Positions 51,471 through 64,000 of a stretch of 64,000 nucleotides of DNA are shown piece after piece. The translations under genes were made by a program, and so were the position numbers. The stretch's first letter is position 1; every line of letters starts with the position of its first letter. This stretch comes from Chrysomallon squamiferum (taxonomy: Eukaryota > Animalia > Mollusca). Where the stretch lies: assembly GCA_012295275.1 (NCBI GenBank), contig CM022679.1, positions 6,386,001 to 6,450,000 on the forward strand. Direction: 5' to 3'. The notes below the pieces were generated by a model, which saw only the letters and a list, made by a program, of their open reading frames with translations, searched no databases and was not told where the DNA came from.

Positions 51471-51989
51471 GTTGATACACAAGACAATATCTGATGCTAT
51501 GTATAAAATTAGATTTAGATGGATTCTTTAACCGAGTCGTCAACACAAAATGCGAAAAATGGCAGCATCCATTGGCCACGTAGCTTCATGGGAAATAACT
51601 CTAGAATATAACATATAAAAAAAATGTTTTTTGCTTTGATGGATTTTTAGTATTGAATTAAAGTATTAAATATAGTGATTTTACTCATATTTATCTTTTT
51701 TACGTCAAAATATTATTGAATATCTCAACGTTTTATGTTAGTAAAAAATAGCAAAATAACTTTTTAGAATATTTACTATTTGAAAAATAAATGTAATAAT
51801 ATTTAGGATATTCGTACCAGCACATGTATCAAATATTTTACAAGTTTTTGATGATGGTATTAATGAATGAATCAACAATTTAAATTTCATGCAAATTACC
51901 GATGTTTGAAAATACATTTTATATTTTACAAGTCGGCTTATATTTTTCGCCTACCCATTTTTATCCGCCACAGACCCCCATTTTATTTA

Positions 51990-52524
51990 TTTCTCGGCCC
52001 TATCAAATAAATCCTTGGTTGTACAAAAGAAAAACTTAATTTTAATTTCTTTTCTTTTGACTTTTTTCAGAGGCAATATGTATATAATTTTAGTCTTTGT
52101 AATACAGAGAAATACATGTAAAATAATTGAAAGAAATATTTTGTTGCAAGTACTATATAGCAGGATTTTTGAACATTGTTGTCTATATTTATTTATTTTA
52201 TTTGTTATAAAAGCAATAAAGTGGAAGTTAAAGAAAGATTCATTCTTGAGTTTTGGTGGCCCTGTCTGTGTCCTCTTTAAAAATGCACAACCCAAAAATA
52301 AATCCCAGTGGCCCTGGGTATTCAGTCAGAGAAAAGAACAATAAATTTGGTTGATTTATATTTAAATCGAATAAAGTGTTTATTTTATGTTTCATCTGTG
52401 TTTTCATATTCAAAATATCTTCCTTTCTCTTAATGTTTCTCAGTACTAGGCCTTATACTTGAGTCTTTGGGGCATACAATCAATGTATTGGCCCTGGGCA
52501 TCACAAGACCTCTGCATGCCACTG
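51990..52524. mobile_element. Possible degenerate DNA-transposon (hAT-like) end
   Basis: Repeated GGCCCT motifs (near 51996, 52258, 52310, 52490) ending in cctctgcatgccactg (reverse CAGTGGCATGCAGAGG, resembling hAT termini). No partner TIR or TSD found. Confidence 0.3.
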
Positions 52525-52925
52525 TGTAAGACTTTATTAGCAGCAGTAGGTTTAGTATTGTTGTTGTTGTTAGTAACAGCAGTATTGTTTTTCTTCTTCT
52601 CCATATTATTGCTCAAATTGTTGTTTTTATGTATTTATTTAATATTATTGCTGTTGTTCTTTTTATTTATTTGTTTACTACTACTAATTTATGATTATCA
52701 TCATCATATTTATTATTACTATTATTGCAGTTGTTTTTGGTTCTATTTATATATTTACTGTAATTACCGCTACTGCTATTAATACTATACTACCACGTAA
52801 TGTTTATATTTTATTATTTTTATTACTACTGAACATTTCAAACATTAGTTTTTAGTGGCCTGAAATTATTCTGTTTAACTACAATGCATAACAATAATTA
52901 TGAATGAATAAATTAAAAATAATAA

Positions 52926-52956
<31 letters not shown>

Positions 52957-55844
52957 AAATAAAGCAATTGACTGTCTTTGGTTTATGGTTAATAAAGCGC
53001 AGTTAAGTTTAATTTTGTAAATGATTACGTCAGATGCTTAGTTCTTTGGCATTACTAGAATTATGAAAGGTAAATATTTTATTATTATTATTATTGTTGT
53101 TTTTGTTATTATTTTATTATTATTGTTGCTGTTGTTGTTATTATTATTATATTTGTACTTTAAAAACTATATATTACTACTATTATTAAACAAATGTGTA
53201 CTAAAGTAGATATTGCATATTTTATACTTCTTATTAATTGATCATAATTAAACAGTTATAAAACGCTATCAGAACTTAACAGCGGTTTATAGCTAATAAT
53301 GATCTTTTAACAGAATAAAATGGAGATAACACTTACAAATTCTATATCACCTGACGCTTTACTGCTTAACATTAAGAATATTTCGACATTATCATGGTCA
53401 AAAAAAGTATTTAAAAACAGACATGCTTAAAGTTTAAGTTAAACAGAACTACATGAAAAATATGTATATAAATATATCAGAGAATGACATCGTTTCAGAA
53501 GACTTTAACTCAAAGAGTTTTCAGCGAAAAAACACAACTCCTTGCGAAGCAATTGTTAAAGAGAAGGTGACTTCTTTTACGTCGTAGTTGAGGCTGTATA
53601 AGGACAACAGAAAAGCGAATGATATCAGCCTTTTAATAAAACACTTGAACGTCCACTACCCCGCAATTTATAGCCGGGATGTGGTTAAACAGGACACTGA
53701 CTAAATGCTTTGAAGACTTCAGTAATAAAAAATAATAATAATGTTGGTGTACAGTATAAATCATGTTTTGCATTTATGGAACTGCATTGTCAGCATGGCC
53801 ATCAATATAAAACTGTAAATAAATGACTAAAATTCCAAATTTATAATTTAAAACAATATATTTTAAAATATTTCATCTAACCCGTAAAACATAATATTAT
53901 GAGTGAAGGATTACTAAGATAACCAAATTATTTTAGTTGTTCGTGATAGATGTAGAAATATTAAACATGCATACATACATACACGTTCTTTGACACTAAA
54001 GACTGGAATATTTTGAAGGCCATCATTTTTGGTTCTCTTGTGTAGATGTTCTTTGTAAAATTTCAAATAAGCACCAGTGGATTTATTTATATCATGGTAT
54101 ACAGTTTTATCCATGTTGAAAAAATATATGCACCAACCACAAAAGTTCCATAGAGTCAAGCTAATTATTTGGCATATACTTTCTCATTGTAAGCCAAATA
54201 ATATCTACCTGAGAATATAAATCATCAAGAAACCAGCAAATGCCATCAGTTAATCATGCAAATAGAAGTACATTTATTACTATTATTACTACTACACTAC
54301 AAGGGCACAGAAATATTCATATCAAAGAAATGCCTGTTGATAATGTTACATACATATATATATATAAGATTTTATGCTTTCTATCTCATCTGAATGTATT
54401 AACTTGCTTTTTCTATGATAACATGGTACAAAATTTAAAATATTTGATATCCAGAATATATGTGAATATAAGTCAATGTGATTTTGTAGTGTCACTGAAA
54501 AAAAAAAAAGTATACCCTTATAAAATGAAAGAAACTATAGCATATATAATAAAACTACTTATTAATATATATATATTTTTAATTATGACTAAAAATTCTA
54601 GCAACCGATTACAAAATTTGTTATACTAATATTAAAGAAAAACAAATTTAAAACTTCACATTTTTATTTTTACATTCTCATCATTCCATTAATGTATAAA
54701 AACAGGAATCTAACAGCTATAGAGTAACAAAAACTAAAGTTTAATTAATATTTTATTAGTTTTACAGGACCATTCACAATTTATGCAGTAAGATAATAAC
54801 TTCCTGTAATAATGAATTATTCATTTTTGAACCAATATTCAACAGCAAATGTGACATCTGTTTCTTAAGCTTTTAACTTACTTTTGTTGGTAGCATCATT
54901 TCATTTTTTAAATATGTTGTGTGTAAGAAGAAAATAAGAGAAAAAAAATATATATTACTTTAGTGATTTTTTTACACAGCTAAAATTTATGAGAATGCAA
55001 TATATTCATGTATAATATTTATTAAGCCTACAACTGTAACAAAACAACTATTTTTATGTAAATAAAGCTTTATTATTACTTATTCATTAAACTCATTACT
55101 TTTCATCTGTAAAACAACAAACCAAAAAAAAACAAACAAATATCAAAAAGAAACCCCCCCATCATATATTAATAGTTTGTCTCAATTCAGGCCAAAAGGA
55201 ATGTATATTACATGCATAAATTAAATTATTGAAAGATATTTCTAATAAAATTAAGCAAACTACTTCAACAGAAACTGCATTTACTGGAACGATTAATGAA
55301 ATTTCTTGGAAAAATAAAATTAATGTTCTACTTGCAACTTTGAGGAAACTTGATTTTGATTTGGAGACTGATAAATAAGTTTATTAATCAATCTTGAAAA
55401 AGGATGATTGAAAGAACATTTATTTTATTAGAAGTTAGATGTGGAAAAAATTGCAAAACTGCAGAATGACTGATTTCACTTTATTTTGCGAAATCGGAAA
55501 TAATTATTTCCGAAAAGACTATATATTTCCATAAAAAACAACTTTCTATCATACAAAAGAAATACAGGACTTAGAGAAGTATTTTAAGACAAGTACAAAA
55601 AATATAAGATGAACAGTTTCATGTCATTAAATATATAACTTGGTTAAATCAATTTCTTTATGTATCTTAAGTTAAAATGAACTGTCTCAATTTTGCTAAA
55701 ATATCTCAATGCTGGCTATGTCCTGTAGCATTTTTGATTCAAGCCCAGCCAACTGACATTCATAATGACAGTGTAGCTTTAATGTATTTTATATTTTTAT
55801 GAAAATCACTAATTAAAACATAAAAACTAGAATTTAAAAAATAT

Positions 55845-57329
55845 TTAGCTATGATTTTCGACAGTAGTTGTACTTTCTTCAAAACTGGTATCCTCATCTT
55901 TAAAATCAGACTTCCACATATCTAACGTGGGCATTTCTAAAGGTGGCAGATCAAAGGTTAAATTATCTGGAGAAAAAGTTTCTCCAGCCTGTCCTGTTTC
56001 AATATTTCTGTCTGTCTGTAATCGTAAAGCTTGATTTTCTTTATTCAGTTCTTCAACTTCATCTAACAACTGCCGAATGCACCTTCTCAGCTCATCGTTG
56101 TGAATTTTCAGTTCTTCTATTACAATTTTGTCATCTTTAGGAACCTTTACAAACTCAGGCTTTGGTTGTGTATCTCTCTGATAAGCAAGGGAGAGACTCT
56201 GTTTTCGGAGAGCAAGGAAGTTTAAAAGACTATCTGTCTCAGACAAAGTTTTATATAAGTCATTGCAGTCATCTCTAGGAAATATGTCAGTATCGACATC
56301 ATCAGACCTCAGAAAATGAATATCCTGTGTCTGTGTTGCTTCATTTACTGTGTTTCGGGATCGGTTTTGCCACAAGAGTGTCTTCTCAACACATATCTGC
56401 TTTTCCTGGATGATGTCTTGTTGGCGAAGATGATGCTGATGTTGAAGTCGCAGTGATTCTAGAGCATGTTCACACTGTGTCAACTGCATGGCTTGTAACA
56501 AATATTCTGGGGCAAAAAAATATTAATAAAAGGCTGAAGTAAGTGAACATAGATTTGGCTTTAATTTGTAACAATAATTTCATTAATAAAACAAAAATAT
56601 AAAATGTTTGTAAAGTTTAAATATATATTTTTAAAAAAATGTTTTTTTAAACACTGAATATATAACATTAAAACATCTTAGGATTCACAATTATTCTGTT
56701 AATTAGTAATGTTTTAATTACCTGCTGCCCTCCTATGACAAAAGATAGCAATCTCAAATTTTCCTGATTTCATCATCATATCTGCTTTTCTAGCCTGTTG
56801 ATGTGCCTTTAAAATAATAATAATAATAACAGTAACAAAAACTTATATTATTACATTAATATATAATAATATGTTAATAACATTGTTGGAGTTTTCTGAA
56901 TATAAATTAAATAGACTGTAGATTATATGTTTTCCCTATTTAAAAATCAAATCAAATTTTCTGGTATCGGTTTTATTTTGCTGCCCTTTGATAGAATGAC
57001 TTGAATACAGAACTAAAAATATTAAACAGATAACTAATAAAGTAATAACATGCAAATGGACTGAAACTTTAGGTAAAGGTTTACACTTTCATGACACTAG
57101 TCACTATAATTTTTCCTGTTAATGTATTATTCATCTATTCAATTATTGATGATAATCATTTTCTGATTATTCATGATGATGATATAAATATAAAATAATG
57201 ATATTGTAACGAATTGTTTTCATGAAAAACATCAGTTCATATTTATTTTTTCAAAAATGTTATTATTCATTAAAATCGAAAATATTTAATAGCTTCGAAA
57301 AGAAGTACCATATTCAATGGCGATTCCAT
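55845..57329 (-). CDS. NRBF2: Nuclear receptor-binding factor 2 (autophagy PI3KC3-C1 subunit; MIT + coiled coil, ~255 aa)
   Basis: Exons 57329-57309 (MESPLNM), 56806-56722 (AHQQARKAD...AIFCHRRAA) and 56506-55845 join in frame. MIT motif AMQLTQCEHALESLRLQ; C-terminal KVPKDDKIVIEEL coiled coil and LPPLEMP. Confidence 0.9.
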
Positions 57330-57397
57330 GGTTAACGACCTAAATATCCAACAACTGGACGTAAATAAGAAAATTTAACAACATAAACATACGAAAC

Positions 57398-57405
57398 CGG
57401 AAGTA
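57398..57405. promoter_or_regulatory. ETS-type site CCGGAAGT upstream of NRBF2
   Basis: Perfect ETS/GABP consensus about 70 bp upstream of the start codon. Confidence 0.5.
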
Positions 57406-57785
57406 GGAGTGTTTTCTTCTGCATTGTAAATTCCTCAAATCATTCTGATAGGCCTTCTCAACATCTTTGCAAAATCTACTTTGTTTAGAATGTTTAATAA
57501 TAAACGTGTTTCAATGTCACTGGTGAAAGAATGATTAATAAAGCATATATCAGCGTTTCTGGTAAAAGTTCTGAAGTTTTCGACCATAGAATAATCAGAC
57601 CTTTTGTTTTCAGTCGACAAATAATGAAATATAACTTTGTTTCGTGGAAAACGTTTGCTAAGCAATTTGTAAGCTTATGATGCATTTAGTAGGAGTTCAC
57701 CTACGTCAGTCTTAGTAATTCGTGTTCGGTTTTGTTTCCATATGATAATTACCTCACATGTATGGAGACACTGGATAACAAAGTA

Positions 57786-58078
57786 CAATGGTACCTTGAC
57801 TTACGAGTGCCCACTTTACGAGCAGTCGGTTGGTCTAGTTTGTGCTTTGGGTTGCGAGCCAAAATCCGAGTTACGAGCGAGTTTCAGATACGTAGCCGCT
57901 AGTTGGCGCAACGAACGACATAACATCCGGCCAGCATCCGGCGTCTCACTCATTTACTTCACATGGTTACCTCGCCATGTTGTGTTATGCTCGCGTTTTG
58001 TGTAGTATTTGCCAAATTTCTTTTTTTCTGGCCACTGTTTTGATATACGAGCATTTTGAGTTACGAGGTCATACACTG
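57786..58078. mobile_element. Tigger/pogo-like non-autonomous DNA transposon remnant
   Basis: Begins TA|CAATGGTACCTTGACTTACGAG with repeated TTACGAG subterminal motifs; degenerate right end ttacgaggtcatacactg; GC-rich against the flanks. Confidence 0.6.
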
Positions 58079-59598
58079 ATTATTAAACATACGCTGATCC
58101 ATATCTACTAAAATGAACCACTCAAAATAACTAGTTTATGATAGTTTCGTATTGCATCCTGAATAATCATGTAGTCAAACTACTATTTCGTTAATCATGT
58201 AACATTGTTCAGTTCACAGCATTTTGAACATTTTAAATGACTATGAATATATCTATAGTTCATGACAAGAAGCAAACAGTGTTACTGAATAATAAACAGG
58301 GGAATTCTTGAATTTTCAAATACTTTTGGAAACAATAGTCATATCCTCCACTTTTTGGAGGAAACAAAATTAATATATTTATGGGTTAATTCATAACCTA
58401 ACTGGTTTTTGGTGACCATTGCTAATAGTGTACACCTTATTTAACAACATTCTCACTAATTATTGTTACATGACTAACCCTACACTTGTAAATTTGTAAT
58501 ACTGAGCAACAAGTTAATAATCGAGCAACTATTATTTGTAACATTTATGCAATATGTTTTAAGTACAAAAATAGTAATTATAAACAATTACCATTATTAT
58601 GACACAAACTCTGGTTGTACCACAGTTCTTTATAAATTGACTAAATATGTCATTAATATCACTGTATAATCTTCCAATTATGATATAACTACACACACAC
58701 ACAATTCATTTGCAAAGTAAACTTTGGCAAAATATTTTAGAGAAGTAACTTCATAATGAAACAACATGGTATGTGAAATTTGTGGATATAATCAAGTTTT
58801 AGAAATGTATGTAAAATATGATTTGCATGTAAGAAAAATACCATTTTCCCTAACCAGTGTAACATTTTCATGATCACTAGCAATCTACAAACCAAAATAC
58901 TGCTAAAACAATTTTTGATAGCATTAGTAAATCAATGCAGAGCAAATGCATCTTTTTCCTTTCAGGTTTTTTTTTTTTTTTTTTTTTTTTGTGGGATGAT
59001 TGAGGTATATCTGTGCACATTAGTATTTTGAAATGTAAAGAAAAACATATTTAAGCTGTTTAATCATACCACTGCTGCTGAAAAAAATTGTTAAAATCCT
59101 TTTAAATGGAAAGTTTATAAATATTTTTATTCATGAAAACATTCACTTGTGCTCTGTACACTGTAGTCATTTGTGTTAAAAATGTATTTTTTTTTATTCA
59201 CTTCAATATACATGGTTACAGCAAGGGAGAATGTAATGGATTCTGTTCTTGTACATGAGGAAATAAAAAACTGACATTTTTTTTTTATAATCAATATATT
59301 TGTTTTTTTCTATATAAACCTATAGCTGACAGTATTGTTTGAAATATTTTCTGTTCATCTCTCTCAAATTTACTGGTACACTATTAATGCTGCTCCACAG
59401 TTTAAATAAACTTCTCAATTATTTGCATGATAAATTTTAGTTTACATTCACAATAACTGAGGCTACCACTAAAAAAGTATCCTCTTGTGCTAAAACAGTT
59501 ATAAAATTAATGATCTGATGAAATAAATGTTCTGAAATTTGTTTTTTCATATTTAATGGAATAGTGAGTTAATCATATCACATATTACATCAATACAA

Positions 59599-59631
<33 letters not shown>

Positions 59632-59684
59632 TATATAAAACAAAATTTAAAATCAATGTTTTATTTCATTCATAAGCCAATATA

Positions 59685-61837
59685 TTAAGTGGCTTGTTCT
59701 TTTTTCTCCAAAGTCATATTAGTAAAATTGAAGAGTAAGCTGCTAACAGCATCCACCTCATCACGAGTTGTTGTCTGTTTCAGTTGCTGACACAATTCAT
59801 CAAGCTGTTGTGAATCATCCTTCATTCCTGATACAGTGAGATATGTGGACATCATTTCAGAAATCTGGAGAAACAAAATGACTAAATGAATGTTTAAAAG
59901 TATCTCAGCAAAAAATCTATAGGCTATTAAATATATAAATATTAATTTACAGCATCAGATGATATACCATTATAAATAACTGTATTACAACTATTAATCC
60001 AATCATTCAATAAAAACAAACAGATAGATAATACAAATACAAGTACACTGATTTGCTATTAAATAATAGACGACATTTTGGTATTTATATAATTTATGTA
60101 TCCTACAGATAATTGTAACTATATATATACTGAACATAATTAAAATAGATTTTTAAATGGGTTTTTTTAAACTTACTTCTTGAAGTTCATTCTTCAGTTG
60201 TTCAGAGGGTGAATTTTTATCCTGAGAAAGGAAACCAAGACGTGATTTTGCTAGGGATAAAGGTGTCCGACCATATTTATCTACAGATTTTACATCTGTA
60301 CCTAAAATCAGAAAATAAATATAAGATACTTCTTGACGAAGTTAATAGAACCAAACTGTTTCAGATAATTAAAATACTAAAACATTTTCTACTACCGTGG
60401 TTGATTTGGTAAATGTCATTTTAAATTTTAAATATAATCTAGAATTATATTTCATCTGACCATGTACTGTTAGCTAAAAAGTAATTAAATATTCAAAGAG
60501 CATTATTTATTTTTCAAACATAAAAGTAAATAAATAATGCACTTTCAACGTTAATGGAATGTTGGGCACATTTATTTGTGGTTAATTTAAAATGCTTTAT
60601 TTCAAGGAATTTTGTAATTTAACTGCACAAAAATGTAATATTCACTAAAATGTAAAACTATTACCAGCACGTAAAAGCAGTGTTACAACAGGTACTTGGC
60701 ATGTACAGGCAGCTATTTAAAAAAAAAAAAAAAAAACAGAAATTAAAATTAGTTTAAATAATGACATTACAGTTACAGTACATAAAAGGCTGTTAAAATA
60801 TTTATCAAATAAAGTAAAATGAATTACAACAAAGCCTCAATTTCTTAATTCTTCCTAATGATATATTATAATTTGTTTCCGTTAAACAAATTTTACTGAA
60901 ATAAAATTATTTACAATTTATTGTAATACCTTAATTATAAACATCAGAAGTTTACCTACAATAGATTGTTGCAATCACTTTATGTATAATGAGATTATAT
61001 TTAGTATAGCTTAAAATTTCTATTCAATATCTTCAGTTCAATTTGATGCATATATTATCTGGTTTTAATTTGCTATTTTTGTTATTTTTTCTAATAAATA
61101 AAATAGCCTATCATTTTTCAGTAAGTCATAAATATTATTTTTAAAGAGTTATAATAATAGAGCAATTTGCTGACAGTCATCTTATGTTTAAACCATTTTA
61201 CTTTGGATATCAGTGTTGTAAAGCAGTCACATGAGGTGAAAATAATATACTTTTATTTTTTATGTTACAGAATTGAAACTTGATGGAAATAATCCCCTTT
61301 TGTTATCATAAAACAAACTAGTACTAGTTTATTTTTTTTATGACAAATGGTTACTTTTATTAGTCTATTTAGAAATTAGTCTTTTTCCATGATTTTCTTT
61401 CTGTCATTTTGTAGTGTTTGTTCAAATTTTTTCCTTTTTTTCCTAGCATGTCCCTATAATAACAGAGAAATCTGTAAGAATACTAAACGAAATGTGTTCC
61501 AACCAAATGTCCTAAAACATTACTCATAACTGGTTGTTTCAAAGTTGAAGAAACACCCTTTCTTCGATAGATATTCAAGATTGCAATTTATCTTTTTTGT
61601 TTAAAAACTGGAAACCTTAAATTATAAAAGAAAAGAATGCTGAAAAACATTCTTACCAAGGTGAAGAGGCGTGTTTCCTAATATATCTTTCTTGTTAACA
61701 TCTGCCCCATGATCAAGCAGTATCTTCACTGTACAACATTAAATAAATAAATTTGTAATACCAATTTTGATTTTTTTTTTTTAATTTTGGTTACTTTTAT
61801 GTTAAACGATGAAGTATATTAATTTGATCTGTTCATC

Positions 61838-61887
<50 letters not shown>

Positions 61888-63708
61888 TACTATACTTTCC
61901 TATATATGATGAAGAATATTAAATAAAGAAGATAAATAAATACCATTTCTGCCGGATAGCTATGGCTGAACATAAATGAAACAGGGACAAAGTAGATGTG
62001 TTCAGCAAATAAAGTTTTTTTATTTTATCATCTGTTTATTACTGCACATATAATGATAATTAAAAACTGTATTTTCCCTTGCAAAGCTGTAAATTCTACT
62101 GAGAATGATAACTAATGTTTTATATTAAGTTTATAGTAAAACTGAATTGACTGATACTTTAATTCTCATTAGCTTTATACAAGCTAAAATATATTTTTAT
62201 ATTTAAAACCCAGAATTCAAATAATACTACTTCCACTAGCAATAATAACAGACTGAAGAAGAACTGTAAACCCACCAATGGACTGATGTCCCTGTGAAGC
62301 TGCAAAATGAAGAGCAGTTCTTTGTTTAGCATCATAGCCTGATGGATCAACTCCACTTTCCAGCAACTCAACAACTATGGGACAAAGCAAAAACCCAGTA
62401 TAAGATAGAATTGAAAGTTATTATATAAATTTTATAAAATTAATTTCAACATACATTCTTTTCTTCAACACATGAATTACAGTGATTTATTAATTTCAAA
62501 TTTTATATTTAAACACTAAAAATATTTTTTTGTGTGACAGCACATATTCATACAACACAAACAGAAACTAGTTTACAGCCACATAGGATAGTTTTATGAT
62601 TCTATATGTCCAGGGAAATGAACTTTATAATCACTATAATTAATTTTAAATATTATTTTAGAAACGTCTGATTAGTTGAAATGTACATTTTTAATATAAG
62701 ACATTATATATTTTAATACTGGTTAGTGTTAGTCACAAAGTCAAAAATAAAATAATTTTCTAAAAGTCATGCATTCACTGCCATGAACAGAGAATAAAAG
62801 ATTAGGCACCTACATATAAGTACATGCATGTACATTCAAATGGTGATATACACACAGATATATACAGGAAAATAAATATTTTACACATACCTTGAATATA
62901 ATCATTTTCAGAAGCTGCTGTTCGTAATTTTCTGTCATCTGAAGAAGATTTTGTTTTTAAATATTAATTAAACTTGAAGTTAACTAATGTGCATGTTTAC
63001 AATTTAGAATTCATATACATGTATATAAAAAAATCATCTGGAAAAACCTAATATCTCAACAGTTATAAATAAATAAATATATTTCTTGAAACTTTGTGTT
63101 ACCTAGAATATTTCTTCCTGTTGTTTTCCCACATTTGAATTCTTTCAGGCGTTGCTTTCTGTGAGTGCATGATGGTCTAATTTTATTTATATGGCTGTCC
63201 TGGTTATAAGAATATCCTCTGTTGAATGGAATTAGACACATGAAATGAAGCCCAGCTGGTGGTTCTGGACTCCAGTGGGTAAATTCAAAGTGAGGTGATT
63301 CAAAGTTTTGAACCTGTAAAAATTAATTACTCACAGATAATGATACATACAAATATTTACCAAATGTACAACAGACATTAAGCTGCAGAAATTAATTTTC
63401 CAAATGATTAATCTAATAAAAAATAAAAATAAAAACAAATGTATATAATTTAACCCTTTTAATCTCAAATTCTTATTCAGTTAGTGTTGATTCTTTACAT
63501 TATATAACCATCATGCCAGTGTATATCACAATATATTAGAACATATACTACAGTATAATTATATATTAATAATAAATAAAATAAAATAATGCAAATAAAC
63601 TATTGTGACATAACCATTTATAACAATTATCACATTAAAAATATAGTTAACCAAATCATCATTTCATGTATATTTTCGTGTAGATGAAATCTTTCTTTTG
63701 TTCTCTCA

Positions 63709-63746
<38 letters not shown>

Positions 63747-63894
63747 AACCAGGAATCTGGAATGTCTGCAGTTAGTAGAGTTACTCAGGCTAATTTATTA
63801 ATTATAAAACAAAAAACAAACAAATAAATAATACATTATATTCGCCTTCAGAGCTGCTGGTGTCACATCCACTATCATCTGGAGAATCATTCAT
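59685..63894 (-). CDS. ANKRD54: Ankyrin repeat domain-containing protein 54 (8 coding exons, ~280 aa)
   Basis: Exons 63894-63835, 63313-63103, 62938-62891, 62374-62276, 61728-61657, 60712-60665, 60301-60177 and 59864-59685 join in frame. Ankyrin repeats ([46 protein letters not shown]). ANKRD54-type tail LDELCQQLKQTTTRDEVDAVSSLL. N-terminus SDTSSSEGEY-like. Confidence 0.9.
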
Positions 63895-64000
63895 ACTCTT
63901 GCAGTGTAAAAAGGTTTGACGACTGCCGATTCATTTACACATCAATTTTCACTTTTTCTTTTACTAAAAGTTTTAGTACCAACATTGCATATTAGTATTT

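Noticed and set aside
53480-53725. Slightly GC-richer island between TM9SF3 and NRBF2
   Set aside because: No sustained ORF, splice pattern or RNA motif that I can support.

Overview
AT-rich, microsatellite-rich animal genomic DNA. An invertebrate, probably mollusc-like source is my inference from composition and protein divergence. Six protein-coding genes could be assembled by hand with frame-consistent splice sites: an intronless ELOVL6-like elongase (-), TXNDC15 (+, 4 exons), an uncharacterised coiled-coil plus C-terminal death-domain protein (+, 4 exons), TM9SF3 (-, 15 exons, one GC-AG intron), NRBF2 (-, 3 exons) and ANKRD54 (-, 8 exons). Also present are a Tc2-like MITE, a Tigger/pogo-like remnant, a LINE zf-RVT fragment and several local duplications. 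The standout unexplained structure is a tandem array (about 7.1-13.7 kb) of four near-identical ~300-nt GC-rich cassettes. Read on the minus strand, each has a TATA box 29 nt before an initiator, a Kozak-context small ORF (22 codons in three copies) overlapping a long hairpin, and an almost invariant multi-branched 124-nt fold. Each also has a conserved upstream CRE-like site, and a short inverted copy caps the array. I cannot match it to any RNA or protein family I know.
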